This document shows positions 1-9,774 of a stretch of 64,000 bases of DNA, in pieces. The DNA is from an uncultured bacterium (GTDB taxonomy: Bacteria; Fidelibacterota; UBA2242). Where the stretch lies: positions 1,705 to 65,704 of the forward strand of contig CAYTUQ010000002.1 in the NCBI GenBank assembly GCA_964441235.1, written 5' to 3'. The position numbers and the translations under genes were made by a program. Under the pieces are notes generated by a model. That model had not been told where the DNA came from, did no database searches, and saw only the letters and a list, made by a program, of their open reading frames with translations. Each line of letters starts with the position of its first letter. The stretch's first letter is position 1.

Positions 1-1
1 G

Positions 2-100
2 ATCGACAAAATTGATGTAGTCGTAACCGACGCAAACATACTTGAAAAGGACAGGAAAAACCTCGAAAATGCGGGTGTACAGGTTATTATTGTAGATTAA
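2..100 (+). CDS. 3' end of a DeoR/GlpR-family transcriptional regulator (partial, starts outside window)
   Basis: Frame 2 is open from the window edge to TAA at 98-100. The tail IDKIDVVVTDANILEKDRKNLENAGVQVIIVD looks like the C-terminal end of DeoR-type sugar-binding domains. Only 32 aa are visible. Confidence 0.35.
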   Translation: MDKIDVVVTDANILEKDRKNLENAGVQVIIVD

Positions 101-112
101 AAGATGGATTCA

Positions 113-265
113 AGTTCTAAGTGCAACAATCTAAGTAAAGTATTTTCACATAAATTCATTTTCCCCAAAACCCTCCAATATTGTGCGAGAGGATTTTGGG
201 AAAAATGAATTATAGAATCTCAGTGTTATACAGTATTATAATGTGTTGCACTTATTACTTGAACT
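113..265. repeat. Nested inverted repeat / long imperfect hairpin in intergenic spacer
   Basis: Inner arms AATTCATTTTCCCCAAAACCCTC (153-175) and GAGGATTTTGGGAAAAATGAATT (189-211) are near-perfect reverse complements. Outer arms AGTTCTAAGTGCAACA (113-128) and TGTTGCACTTATTACTTGAACT (244-265) also pair. Confidence 0.6.
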
Positions 266-271
266 CACGTG

Positions 272-1180
272 ATGTATAAAAGAGTAATCCTCATTATAAT
301 CGGTTTGTTTCTTTTATATACGTCGGTACTTGCAGATGGTTCAAAGCGTGACAAGTTAAATATCCAAATTCAATACCCTGAAAAGTACGAAGAAATAGCA
401 AAATATACTGAGTCAACGATTAGGAAAAACTTTTCAAAGATCTATTCTATATTTAGTAATCCTAAAGATACTATAATTTATATTCTGGTGGATTCTGAGA
501 AGCAATTCAGAAAATATACAGGTCCCTCTCTTCCCTCATGGGCAAATGGTGTGACTCTTTTTCCTCAAGGGGTAGTAGTTATTAAAACCCCTGATCTTAG
601 TCGTTCCACTCTTAAAAATTATAGAACGACAATCGTTCATGAGCTTGTCCATATCATTCAGGGTCAACAGGTACCTCTTAATCTAACGCCGGTGTGGTTT
701 AATGAAGGGTTAGCAGTATATTTTTCGGAAGATTATAATTTGCGAAGCAAAATAATTCTCTCAAGAGCCATTGCAAAGAAAAAATTAATACCACTGAATG
801 AACTGTCTGATATATTAAATTTCGGTGATCTAAAAGCAGAACTTGCATACGATGAAAGTGCTTCAGTAATTGAATATCTTGTTCAGGTTTACGGTTTTAA
901 AGTTTTAAAGGAGATATTTGAGAATATGCGGTCAGGGAACAGATTCGAAAAAAGTATTACAATCGCAACAGATATTGATTATTCAAACTTCTCATATTTT
1001 TGGGAGCGATATGTTTCCAGGACATACAGGTGGATATTTATTCTGGATATTCAATATATTTTGTGGCTTATTATGTCGTTACTTCTTATTTTAGCCTATC
1101 TGAGTATTCGTCGTCGAAACAGGGAAACTGCAAAAACATGGGAAGACCAAGAAAATAATGCGAACAGTATCAGTGCGTAA
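272..1180 (+). CDS. Membrane-anchored MA-clan zinc metallopeptidase-like protein
   Basis: ORF 269-1180 (GTG, then ATG at 272). N-terminal signal/anchor, HELVH zinc motif followed by WFNEGLAVYF (gluzincin-type third ligand), C-terminal TM helix (ILWLIMSLLLILAYL). Confidence 0.65.
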   Translation: MYKRVILIIIGLFLLYTSVLADGSKRDKLNIQIQYPEKYEEIAKYTESTIRKNFSKIYSIFSNPKDTIIYILVDSEKQFRKYTGPSLPSWANGVTLFPQGVVVIKTPDLSRSTLKNYRTTIVHELVHIIQGQQVPLNLTPVWFNEGLAVYFSEDYNLRSKIILSRAIAKKKLIPLNELSDILNFGDLKAELAYDESASVIEYLVQVYGFKVLKEIFENMRSGNRFEKSITIATDIDYSNFSYFWERYVSRTYRWIFILDIQYILWLIMSLLLILAYLSIRRRNRETAKTWEDQENNANSISA

Positions 1181-2090
1181 ATATGTTGGATTTTACCTGA
1201 TAATTGCTGTTTTTGGTATTGTCAGTATGATGCAGGCACAGGCTCTATTTCAGGGTCTGAATCACCCTCTTAATTCACGTGGCTGGGGAATGGGTTCAGC
1301 CGTCTGCGGTTTAGTAAATGATGGGACGGGCATTTCATCTAACCCGGGTACTCTTTCCAGGGCACCGCTCTCCTGGCAGGTTAACTATACTTCATTCGTT
1401 CTTGATATTTATTCAACAACTGGTTTTGTAATTCTAAATGCCCCAGTAAAAGGGAAATATGCAGTTATGATACATTACCTTGATTATGGCTCTTTTAGTG
1501 AACGAAATCGTGAGGGTGAGGCTACAGGAAATTTTTGTGTTAATGATTTAAATATGGGTATAGCTTACGGAACTGATATAACACAGAAACTGAGTGCTGG
1601 CGCTTCAGCCTCAGTTGTTCATTCAAATCTTAATCTATTGTCCGCAAATGCTGTTCTTGGGACAATTGGAATTCTTTACTATGATAGCAATTCAAGTCTT
1701 GCTATTGGCTTTGCCTACAATAACTTTGGTACTCTGTTATCCGGATATAAAACAGAAGATGAACCTCTTCCCAGAACTTTCATAATTGGAGTATCTAAAC
1801 ATCTTGCTCACCTTCCTATGATTTTATCTTTTGATGTGTACCAAGCGTATAAAGATGAGTACATTGCTCGGATAGGTGGAGAATTTCATTTTCATAATCG
1901 TTTCTTTCTCCGGTGGGGTACATCAACCCGAAGATTTCAGATAAATACACAGCAAACTTTTAAAGACTTTTTAGCTGGTTCTTCAGCGGGAGTAGGGATA
2001 AAGTTAAGCAGGTTCCATTTTGATTTAGCATTCATGAGTTTTGGGAATATTGGAACGATTTCATCAATTAGCATATCGCAAAGTCTTTAA
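1158..2090 (+). CDS. Outer-membrane beta-barrel protein, PorV/PorQ-like
   Basis: Signal peptide ends MMQAQA. The following GLNHPLNSRGWGMGSAVCGLVNDGTGISSNPGTL matches the N-terminal signature I associate with PorV/PorQ (UPF0164-like) barrels. Amphipathic strand pattern throughout. Confidence 0.5.
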   Translation: MRTVSVRKYVGFYLIIAVFGIVSMMQAQALFQGLNHPLNSRGWGMGSAVCGLVNDGTGISSNPGTLSRAPLSWQVNYTSFVLDIYSTTGFVILNAPVKGKYAVMIHYLDYGSFSERNREGEATGNFCVNDLNMGIAYGTDITQKLSAGASASVVHSNLNLLSANAVLGTIGILYYDSNSSLAIGFAYNNFGTLLSGYKTEDEPLPRTFIIGVSKHLAHLPMILSFDVYQAYKDEYIARIGGEFHFHNRFFLRWGTSTRRFQINTQQTFKDFLAGSSAGVGIKLSRFHFDLAFMSFGNIGTISSISISQSL

Positions 2091-2103
2091 AGGAGTAATC
2101 CTT

Positions 2104-2490
2104 ATGAAGAAAATTACATTTATATTCGTGAGCCTTGGAATTTTAATTATTACCGTTGCTTCTGTTTTAAGTTGTGAACCTGATGAAAAATACGATGTAA
2201 GTTTTTCTTATGATATTCAACCGATTTTTAACATAAAGTGTCTGGATTGCCATGGTGCAGGTGGAAATGCAAATCTTGACCTGTCCTCTTATTCAACCTT
2301 GATGAGCGGAGGAAATAATAATCCTCCTGTACTAATTCCATTTCAATCAGACCAGAGCTTATTATATGAGAAAGTTTCGCAACAATCTCCGAGTATTGGT
2401 GATAGAATGCCTCTTGGTAGAAATCCTTTAATTAATTCGGATATTATACTTATCAGAGATTGGATAGACCAGGGCGCGAAAGGTAATTAG
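2104..2490 (+). CDS. Small secreted protein with PSCyt1-like CxxCH heme-binding motif
   Basis: ATG at 2104 lies 8 nt after AGGAG (2091-2095). Signal/lipoprotein-like N-terminus (FIFVSLGILIITVASVLSC). IQPIFNIKCLDCHG ... MPLG ... IRDWIDQGA follows the Planctomycete-cytochrome-C (PSCyt1) domain pattern. Confidence 0.65.
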   Translation: MKKITFIFVSLGILIITVASVLSCEPDEKYDVSFSYDIQPIFNIKCLDCHGAGGNANLDLSSYSTLMSGGNNNPPVLIPFQSDQSLLYEKVSQQSPSIGDRMPLGRNPLINSDIILIRDWIDQGAKGN

Positions 2491-2642
2491 ATTTTCCTCT
2501 GTGAATTTGTATATAGGAATCAAACTATATTTTACCGATTGACCATGAAGGTTACATAAAGTTATTAGTGATTGTTTTGATAAAAGAATAAAAAAGGCAA
2601 TATAAAAACATCACCTTTTTAAAATCTATCATGGTTTTTGCG

Positions 2643-3302
2643 TTAGCTCCTTAGTTTGAAAATTACAGGAATTGAAATATAAACACCAACTTTCCTGTCT
2701 CTTTGCATAGCAGGGATGAAACGGGTCATTTTTATGGCTTTAACTGCAGCCTCGTCAAGCCCGGTATTCGGCACACCTTTAAGTATTACGCAGTCTTGCA
2801 CTTTCCCCTTTTTATCTACAAATGCTTGAACGATAACTGTTCCCTCTATTCCGGCTTCCTGAGCAATTTCCGGGTAAACAACATTTTTTTGAATAGCTTC
2901 AAAACCACCAATAGGTTTTGGTGGTTCATCATAAGGGATAAAACGAATAGTTGGACCTGTATTTTCTTCGGGAGGTGCAGGTGGAGCTTCCCATGCTACA
3001 TAATCATCAAAATCCATGTCTATATCCATGGAAATGTCCTCGGAAAAATCTTCATCCTCCGATTCAACCGGGATTGCAGGTCTTGACGGAGGCTTTGCCA
3101 TTTCAATTTTTTGTTCTGTTATTGGAATATCGGTGGTTTCAATGATTATTTGGACCTCTTTCTGTGTTCTACTTCTTTGTTCGAGCTTAGGGAATAGTAC
3201 CATTACAGCGATAATAAAAGCAAGACTAACCACGAGTCCTACTCTAAGGACTAAATTATATCTTAATTTTAGACTGGCTTCGGGATATTTTCTAAGAATC
3301 AT
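2643..3302 (-). CDS. tonB: TonB-family energy transducer
   Basis: N-terminal TM anchor, Pro/acidic-rich linker (KPPSRPAIPVESEDED, APPAPPEE), C-terminal TonB_C pattern GIEGTVIVQAFVDKKGKV...IPVIFKL. Last gene of the exbB-exbD-exbD-tonB operon. Confidence 0.85.
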   Translation of the reverse strand: MILRKYPEASLKLRYNLVLRVGLVVSLAFIIAVMVLFPKLEQRSRTQKEVQIIIETTDIPITEQKIEMAKPPSRPAIPVESEDEDFSEDISMDIDMDFDDYVAWEAPPAPPEENTGPTIRFIPYDEPPKPIGGFEAIQKNVVYPEIAQEAGIEGTVIVQAFVDKKGKVQDCVILKGVPNTGLDEAAVKAIKMTRFIPAMQRDRKVGVYISIPVIFKLRS

Positions 3303-3314
3303 TTGATAAAACCT

Positions 3315-3722
3315 CTAAATGGCAGTCTTTGTAGAATAATTTACTTTCAGAGCATCTGCCAATCTTAATTCTTTGTGAATCTTGTTCATAAGTCCCATAT
3401 TTACTCGTTGATCTGATCTTATGGATACAATAAGGTGTGGATCAGCTGTCCGTTTTTCATACATAACATTCCTGATACTTTTAACATCTAAGAGTTTACC
3501 ATCAATTGAAATCAATTCTTCTTTTGATACCCATAAATAAGTTACGTGCACTTTTGAGGCGAGTTTCTCAATCTGCCTGGCTTTGGGCAGGACGACATTT
3601 AATCCCTCGTATTCACGCAGAACAGAAGACACCATAAAAAAGAAAATCAACATAAAAATAATATCAGGCATTGATGCAGTTGGAATTCCAGTTTTCATCT
3701 TGCTTTTTTTCTTCAATTTCAT
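3315..3722 (-). CDS. exbD: ExbD/TolR biopolymer transport protein
   Basis: About 135 aa with a single N-terminal TM (DIIFMLIFFFMV) and a periplasmic domain. Sits in an operon with exbB and tonB. Confidence 0.85.
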   Translation of the reverse strand: MKLKKKSKMKTGIPTASMPDIIFMLIFFFMVSSVLREYEGLNVVLPKARQIEKLASKVHVTYLWVSKEELISIDGKLLDVKSIRNVMYEKRTADPHLIVSIRSDQRVNMGLMNKIHKELRLADALKVNYSTKTAI

Positions 3723-3734
3723 CTTTTTTCTTTC

Positions 3735-4127
3735 CTATTCAGCAATTGAAACTTTTGCACTTGTCTGTTTTAACTGATCAAGAACCTCAATATATGTGTG
3801 GTATTTGGTTCTTGCATGTGTTTTTACTGAAAATATCATCTTCGGATTTTTCAGTATAATACCCTCAACTGTAGATTTAATTTTGCTGATTTCTATTTCT
3901 TTGTTATCCAGTAATACTCTTCCTGTAGGATCAATTATGAGGTTTGTGATATTTTTCTTAGATATCTCAACCTGGTCTCCTTCTGCAGGTAGAATCAGTT
4001 GTATTCCTTTATCCATGTCAATAGTTGTAGCGACCATAAAGAAAATAAGAATAAGAAAAGCAATATCAGCCAGTGAGCTTGATGGTATTTCCGCTTCACG
4101 GATTCCTTTATTTTTTAATAAACTCAT
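3735..4127 (-). CDS. exbD: ExbD/TolR biopolymer transport protein (second copy)
   Basis: 130 aa. N-terminal SLADIAFLILIFFMV motif typical of ExbD/TolR. Adjacent to exbB. Confidence 0.85.
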   Translation of the reverse strand: MSLLKNKGIREAEIPSSSLADIAFLILIFFMVATTIDMDKGIQLILPAEGDQVEISKKNITNLIIDPTGRVLLDNKEIEISKIKSTVEGIILKNPKMIFSVKTHARTKYHTYIEVLDQLKQTSAKVSIAE

Positions 4128-4138
4128 AATTATTGCCT

Positions 4139-4756
4139 TTAATCTTTTTTCACTTCATTTGCAGATAAGATATCTAAAAGATTTACTGAATTTTCTTCCA
4201 TATCAATGATAATACCATCTACACGTGCTGTAAAGAGATTATAGAAAATCGAGATAGTAATACCGACAATAAGACCAAATAAAGTGGTCAAAAGTGCTTC
4301 TGAAATACCACCTGCAACAACAGCAGGAGATATATCATTAGCAGCAGCAATATCTTGAAATGCTCTTACCATACCTGAAACTGTTCCGGCAAATCCTAAC
4401 ATGGGGGCAAGTGTGATAACTGTAGATAACCAGATCATTCCTTTCTCAAGGAAAGCCATTTCAATAGAACCTGCAGTTTCAATAGCTTTTTCAACAACCT
4501 CAACACCCTGGTCTGCACGAGAAAGACCGGCGTGAAAAACCTCAGCAATAGGTCCGGGAGTTTTCTTGCAAACTTCAAGAGCCTCAGCTACACCTTTATC
4601 ATTCAATGCCTTATTTATCTTTGGAATAAATTTTTTAGTAACCACAGAGGCTTTCGTTAAAGTGTAAATTCTTTCAAGTGTAACCATTAAACCGAAAATT
4701 AAGAGCCCCAAAATCGGCCACATAAAAATTCCACCCTGTAGAAAAAGATCAACCAT
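4139..4756 (-). CDS. exbB: MotA/TolQ/ExbB proton channel protein
   Basis: Three predicted TM helices. Conserved C-terminal region PMLGFAGTVSGMVRAF ... GGISEALLTTLFGLIVGI typical of ExbB/TolQ. Confidence 0.9.
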   Translation of the reverse strand: MVDLFLQGGIFMWPILGLLIFGLMVTLERIYTLTKASVVTKKFIPKINKALNDKGVAEALEVCKKTPGPIAEVFHAGLSRADQGVEVVEKAIETAGSIEMAFLEKGMIWLSTVITLAPMLGFAGTVSGMVRAFQDIAAANDISPAVVAGGISEALLTTLFGLIVGITISIFYNLFTARVDGIIIDMEENSVNLLDILSANEVKKD

Positions 4757-5303
4757 TGAATTACTCCTTTAGTTATATAGTTATTCAGTTAAATCAAACG
4801 GCTGTTTATTTTAAGTGAATATTTTCTAAAAGTCAACATTATTTTCTATTTTATTTTCCGACAGTAAATAGCTTTTCACAATTATGTGTTAAATTAGAGT
4901 CAAGTTTATTAAAAATATTGGATATCAAAAATAATAAGTCCTCAAAAAAAATTCAAGTCGATGTTACTTCTATAAAAATATTTGATGGGATTGGCGGAGA
5001 CTCAGCTAAGGACTGATTTAATTAGAAATAATTAACGATTTATATTGCCATATTAATCTGAAAATACTACTTTGAACCGAAATCTTGATTTTTGATTTTG
5101 TGTGAAATAAAACCCAATTTCTGAGTTATTTATGATAGCGGGCATTTTTAACCTGAATAATTCGTGAATAAATGAATTTATAAGTTATTGGAGTTAAATT
5201 TCAAACAGTAAAAATAGGGAGGACTTAAAAGATTTATTTTCCTATCTTGGTATAAGTGCGAAAAATCCATAAGTTTTACTAGAACAGTGAGTAAAAGATT
5301 TAG

Positions 5304-6239
5304 ATGTACATAATTTATTTTTTAGCTGGATTAGTTTTACTCTACTATGGTGCTAATTTTCTTGTAAATGGCAGTTCCGCTATTGCAGTATCCCTCGGAG
5401 TTAAAAAAATTGTAGTTGGTCTAACACTTGTTGCTCTTGGTACATCAATGCCTGAGTTTGTTGTAAGTTTATTTGGTGCTGTTGAAAAGGTAGACGATGT
5501 AAGCGTTGGAAATATTGTTGGTAGCAATCTGGCAAATATTCTATTAGTTCTTGGAATCTCATCTTTTATTCATCCAATAAAAGCGAAGAGGAGGATATTT
5601 TTTCTTGACTTTCCAGTTCTCTTAATAATAACTGCTATTTTTATAATTTTTTGTTATGATGGGCGTTTAGTTTTTTACGAAGGTACCATTCTTCTAACCT
5701 TATTTGTCGCTTATATGTCATATATCATCGTTAATCGTAAAGTACAGGAAGAAAATGTTGTCGAAGTAAAAAATATTGAAAAGGGGCATATTTCAAAGAA
5801 TATAGCTTTATCTATTTTGGGATTAGGAGCATTGATAATGGGTGGGAATCTAACAGTTAGAGGAGCTATTGGATTGGCACGTGCTTTTGGTATTTCAGAA
5901 CTTATAATTGGTCTTACTATAGTTGCGCTTGGTACTTCTTTACCAGAACTCTTTACAAGTGTAATAGCAGTTATTAAAAGGGAAGATGAAATCTCTATAG
6001 GCAATATTATTGGGAGTAATCTTTTTAATACGGCATTTGTGTTAGGAATTATACCAATGGTCTATTCACTTAAAATAGATAAAAGCATAATCAGGATCGA
6101 GAATCCCTTTATGATGATTATTACTCTCATATTATTAATTTTTTTATTTATTGGGAAGAAATTGTCAAGAATTGAAGGAGTTTTTTTATTAATACTATAT
6201 GCCCTATTTATACTGAATCTGGGATATAGAATAATTTAG
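5304..6239 (+). CDS. Ca2+/Na+ antiporter (CaCA family, YrbG-like)
   Basis: About 10 TM helices with two alpha-repeat signatures: GTSMPEF...GNIVGSNLANILLVLG and GTSLPEL...GNIIGSNLFNTAFVLG. Confidence 0.9.
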   Translation: MYIIYFLAGLVLLYYGANFLVNGSSAIAVSLGVKKIVVGLTLVALGTSMPEFVVSLFGAVEKVDDVSVGNIVGSNLANILLVLGISSFIHPIKAKRRIFFLDFPVLLIITAIFIIFCYDGRLVFYEGTILLTLFVAYMSYIIVNRKVQEENVVEVKNIEKGHISKNIALSILGLGALIMGGNLTVRGAIGLARAFGISELIIGLTIVALGTSLPELFTSVIAVIKREDEISIGNIIGSNLFNTAFVLGIIPMVYSLKIDKSIIRIENPFMMIITLILLIFLFIGKKLSRIEGVFLLILYALFILNLGYRII

Positions 6240-6513
6240 GGGGTGTGATAAAATAACCTTTAGGGGGTGTGTCGATCCTTAGGATTCCTTCGGAAAGACA
6301 TCCCTCTGGGAAGAAGAAATAAAATGGATTTTTGTATTATTCTAAGTTCAATCGCCAGACGGATCTCCGAAAAAATATTATGAATATAATTCTGTAAATG
6401 GTAATTAGTTTTTTCTCACCCCCTGAACATTTTTAGTATTGTAAATTCATCCCGAAGTTTCGGGACACAATGATAGTTAACCATGAATGACAACTTTATT
6501 CTATCACACCCCC
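6239..6513. repeat. 275-bp non-coding element bounded by 12-bp terminal inverted repeats GGGGGTGTGATA / TATCACACCCCC
   Basis: GGGGGTGTGATA at 6239-6250 (extra GGGGGTGTG at 6263-6271) and its exact reverse complement at 6502-6513. Internal GC hairpin CCCGAAGTTTCGGG. A related pair occurs at 43255-43318. Confidence 0.75.
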
Positions 6514-6537
6514 TTAGTGAAAAATTTGGAGTTAAAA

Positions 6538-8898
6538 ATGCCCGTAAAAATTATTACCGATGAGTCTTCAAGTTTAGATGAGGTAGATATTAAAAAATAT
6601 GGAATATCAATAATTCCATTCCTGATTAGCGATGCAGCTGGTAAGGAAGTGATAATTAAAGGTGAGCCAAATACGTATAATTCACAAGAGAATCAGACTA
6701 ATATCAGGAATTTTTCCTCGTTAAATGATTATTGTAGCTTTTTGGGTGGAATAAGAAACAAAGATGAGGCTCCAGTATCTGCAGCTCCAGATATTCATTG
6801 GTGTAAGAAATTTCTCGAAGATATTGTTCAGAAGGATGAAGGGGATATATGTTGCATTTTGCTGGCTAAGAATTTAAGCAAAATATATGATAATATTGAG
6901 ATTGCTTCTAAAGACATCAGTAAAAAGTATAATAGAAGAATAGAAGTAGTTGACTCAAATCAGGCATTTTGTCCTGAAGGACTGCTTGTGGTTGAAGCAG
7001 CAAAGATTGCAAAGCAGGGAAAAAGTCTTGATGAAATTATTGGCCATATTGATGATACAAAACATAAGATATTTTTCATCGCTTCTCTTGACAACTTAGA
7101 ATATTTGAGGAGATCTGGAAGGGTTCCTCTGCATAAAAGTATACTTACTAAGATAGCAGACCTTTTGGGAGTTGTTACAATTATTAGTTTTGCAGATAGT
7201 GTTCCACGTCCGATTTGCACTGTCAGAAAAGCTGATGTCAAAAAAAGGATGCTTCAAGAAATACGCGGAAGAATTGGGGATATGGAAACAATTGAACTTG
7301 TACTTGACTATTCAACCGAAAAACAGAGACTTTTTTTAGAGGAACTTAGTGAGACAGTTAAAAAAGAGTTCAATGTAGAAAAGATTTCATATAGACAGGC
7401 AAATAGGATTGTTGCTACTCATACTGGACCTCATATTTATAGTGCATCAATCCTCAGACTCGGTTATAACTCAATTAATACCTCCCTATTAATTAGAATG
7501 TTCAAGGAATCGGAAAAAAAATTAAGAAGATATCGGGGAATTATAGATAGTATAAATATTTTTCCTGTTAATGATTCAGATACTGGTAAAAATATATTGA
7601 GACCAATTGCTGGCGTAACTACAGGCTTAAGTGAAAAGGATATTGTAGTAAGAACGATCGATAAGATTTCAGGGAAAGCGTTTATGAAGGGGGGCGGTTG
7701 TTCTGGTAATGCACTATCCCAATATCTTTTAGGAATTAGTGATTATGTCAAATCTCATCTTTCTAAAGATAAGGATTTGGATCCTGAGACTTTTGTTTGT
7801 GCATTAAGAAAGGGAACCGAAAGCGTTTATGCTTCATTCAGCGACCCAAAAGAGGGAACGATACTTTCAGTGATGAAAGTGTTTGGCAAACAAGCTGAGG
7901 AAGCCCTTAAGAGAAAATATGAGTTTTCATATATTATTAAGAAGGCTTATTCTGCTAGTGTAAAAGAGCTATTAAATCCGATTGTGCAGGGAGTTAAAAT
8001 TCTGAGAGATAGTGATATTTCGGATTCTGGTGGCCTTGGCTTCATAATTTTTCTTCAGGGCTGGTTAGACACTCTAGGAATTTCTATGGACCCGAAAATC
8101 CAGAAACTCAATAGAAATCTGGAGAGGGAGATTAAAGACCAGATAGCCAGTCTAAAATATAAAGCAAAATATCCCGGTTTTTGTGTAGAATGTAATATTA
8201 AGGGCACTGTGGAGAGAGAAGAAATAAGCGACAGATTAAAGTCTCTTCCAAATAAAATTGACTATAATGCTTTGATAATAAGATACGGCGGCGGGTGCAC
8301 TTATATTCACATTCATGTATCTGATAGGGATTTAGTGGATAAAGTCAGACATATATGCAAGAGTTATGGTTACGAAGTCGAAGCAAAAACCCCGACCAGT
8401 TTATCTCAAAAAAAGATCGATATTTATAAACATAAGATTTTAAAATCATTGAAAAAATTAAAAGAAGTACCTTTCCTTTTTATGTACTGGTTTACACCTT
8501 TACCAAGGATATTCTTTGTAAGAAGCGAAATTAGAAAAAAGAAGAAGTATAAAGATATTTCAGAAGAAAGGGATTATCTCAAGCTTGTCTCAAGAGCTCT
8601 GGAGATAAAAACTGACGAAATGAGGACAATGATTCTAGTCTGTAATAAAAAAGGTGAAGTAATATATCTGAATAAGTTGGCAAGAGAATTTTACAACGTT
8701 GAAGATGGATATATAAAAGAGAAATTGAGCAAATTTTTATCTGAGGAAACATTTATATCTGCTGAGGAAAAGATAATTACAGGCTTGAGAGAGGAACATA
8801 TAATTAAAAACGATAATTCTACTTTATTGCTTAAACCAATACGAGTGAAAAGAAAAAATCTTGGAATAATGCTTGAAATAAAAGTAGAGGGAAATTAG
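6538..8898 (+). CDS. DegV-family domain fused to DAK2 (DhaL-like) domain with C-terminal PAS-like region
   Basis: ORF 6487-8898. ATG at 6538 is preferred because the upstream part overlaps the inverted-repeat element. N-terminus KIITDESSSLD...ATHTGPHIY follows the DegV pattern. INIFPVNDSDTGKNI is the Dak2 signature. The tail (MILVCNKKGEVIYLNKLAREFYNV) is PAS-like. Confidence 0.7.
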   Translation: MPVKIITDESSSLDEVDIKKYGISIIPFLISDAAGKEVIIKGEPNTYNSQENQTNIRNFSSLNDYCSFLGGIRNKDEAPVSAAPDIHWCKKFLEDIVQKDEGDICCILLAKNLSKIYDNIEIASKDISKKYNRRIEVVDSNQAFCPEGLLVVEAAKIAKQGKSLDEIIGHIDDTKHKIFFIASLDNLEYLRRSGRVPLHKSILTKIADLLGVVTIISFADSVPRPICTVRKADVKKRMLQEIRGRIGDMETIELVLDYSTEKQRLFLEELSETVKKEFNVEKISYRQANRIVATHTGPHIYSASILRLGYNSINTSLLIRMFKESEKKLRRYRGIIDSINIFPVNDSDTGKNILRPIAGVTTGLSEKDIVVRTIDKISGKAFMKGGGCSGNALSQYLLGISDYVKSHLSKDKDLDPETFVCALRKGTESVYASFSDPKEGTILSVMKVFGKQAEEALKRKYEFSYIIKKAYSASVKELLNPIVQGVKILRDSDISDSGGLGFIIFLQGWLDTLGISMDPKIQKLNRNLEREIKDQIASLKYKAKYPGFCVECNIKGTVEREEISDRLKSLPNKIDYNALIIRYGGGCTYIHIHVSDRDLVDKVRHICKSYGYEVEAKTPTSLSQKKIDIYKHKILKSLKKLKEVPFLFMYWFTPLPRIFFVRSEIRKKKKYKDISEERDYLKLVSRALEIKTDEMRTMILVCNKKGEVIYLNKLAREFYNVEDGYIKEKLSKFLSEETFISAEEKIITGLREEHIIKNDNSTLLLKPIRVKRKNLGIMLEIKVEGN

Positions 8899-8937
8899 CC
8901 GGAATTATTATTTCTGCCCTATAGGTTAAAAAAGATT

Positions 8938-9732
8938 ATGAAACTTGGAATTTTTCAGTTTGCTCCCATCTGGGGAAGTAAAGAAAAAAATCTTAAAAAA
9001 ATTGAAGGCACTATTTCTTCATATTCTGGTATTGATCTCTGGATTCTGCCAGAATTATGCATTACTGGTTACCAATTTAACTCCAAAGATGAAATTGAAG
9101 AACTCGCTGAAGAATTCCCCCTGGGCAAGTCTTCAAAAGTTCTACAAGAACTTTCGGAGAGCACTCAATCAGCGATAGTAATTGGGATTATGGAACGGGC
9201 TGATAATAGTTTTTTTAACAGTGCAGCTGTTTTTGATAAAGGAGAATTTTTAGGGACCTATCATAAGATTCATCTTTTTTACGAGGAAAAAATTTGGCTT
9301 TTACCTGGAACTGAAACTCCTTCTATTTTCGATATTAACGGAGTTAAAGTCGGAGTTATGATTTGCTTTGATTGGATTTTTCCGGAGATGGCGCGGACTC
9401 TTGCTCTGCAAGGAGCTCAAATAATTGCTCACCCTGCTAATCTGGTATTGCCCTATTGTCAGGATGCGATGATTACAAGAAGCATCGAAAACCGAGTTTT
9501 CACAGCTACTGCAAATAGAATTGGTACAGAAGTGATAAAAGGAAAACAACCTCTTACTTTTACTGGAAAAAGCCAGGTAATAGACCCGGGTGGAAAACGA
9601 CTCGGCAACCTCTCGGAAAATGAAGATGGCGTACTGATTGTTAATATCAATCCTGAAGAAGCTCTTAATAAAATGATTACACCAGTGAATGATATTTTTA
9701 AAGACCGTAATCCTTCGGTTTATCAATTATGA
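8938..9732 (+). CDS. Carbon-nitrogen hydrolase (nitrilase superfamily)
   Basis: 264 aa. LWILPELCITGY (catalytic Glu region), YHKIHLF (Lys), GVMICFDWIFPE (catalytic Cys). This is the typical CN-hydrolase triad order. Confidence 0.85.
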   Translation: MKLGIFQFAPIWGSKEKNLKKIEGTISSYSGIDLWILPELCITGYQFNSKDEIEELAEEFPLGKSSKVLQELSESTQSAIVIGIMERADNSFFNSAAVFDKGEFLGTYHKIHLFYEEKIWLLPGTETPSIFDINGVKVGVMICFDWIFPEMARTLALQGAQIIAHPANLVLPYCQDAMITRSIENRVFTATANRIGTEVIKGKQPLTFTGKSQVIDPGGKRLGNLSENEDGVLIVNINPEEALNKMITPVNDIFKDRNPSVYQL

Positions 9733-9774
9733 ATAACTAATTCTGGAAAGGAATCTTTTAAAGAGTAATAATAT

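Noticed and set aside
2703-4209. Plus-strand ORFs (127, 64, 96, 64, 62 and 137 aa) overlapping tonB/exbD/exbB
   Set aside because: These are antisense shadows of well-supported minus-strand genes with low-complexity translations. The same applies to the other antisense ORFs in the track, e.g. 9301-9726, 35155-35687, 37768-38493, 51968-52336, 54754-55164 and 61308-61547.
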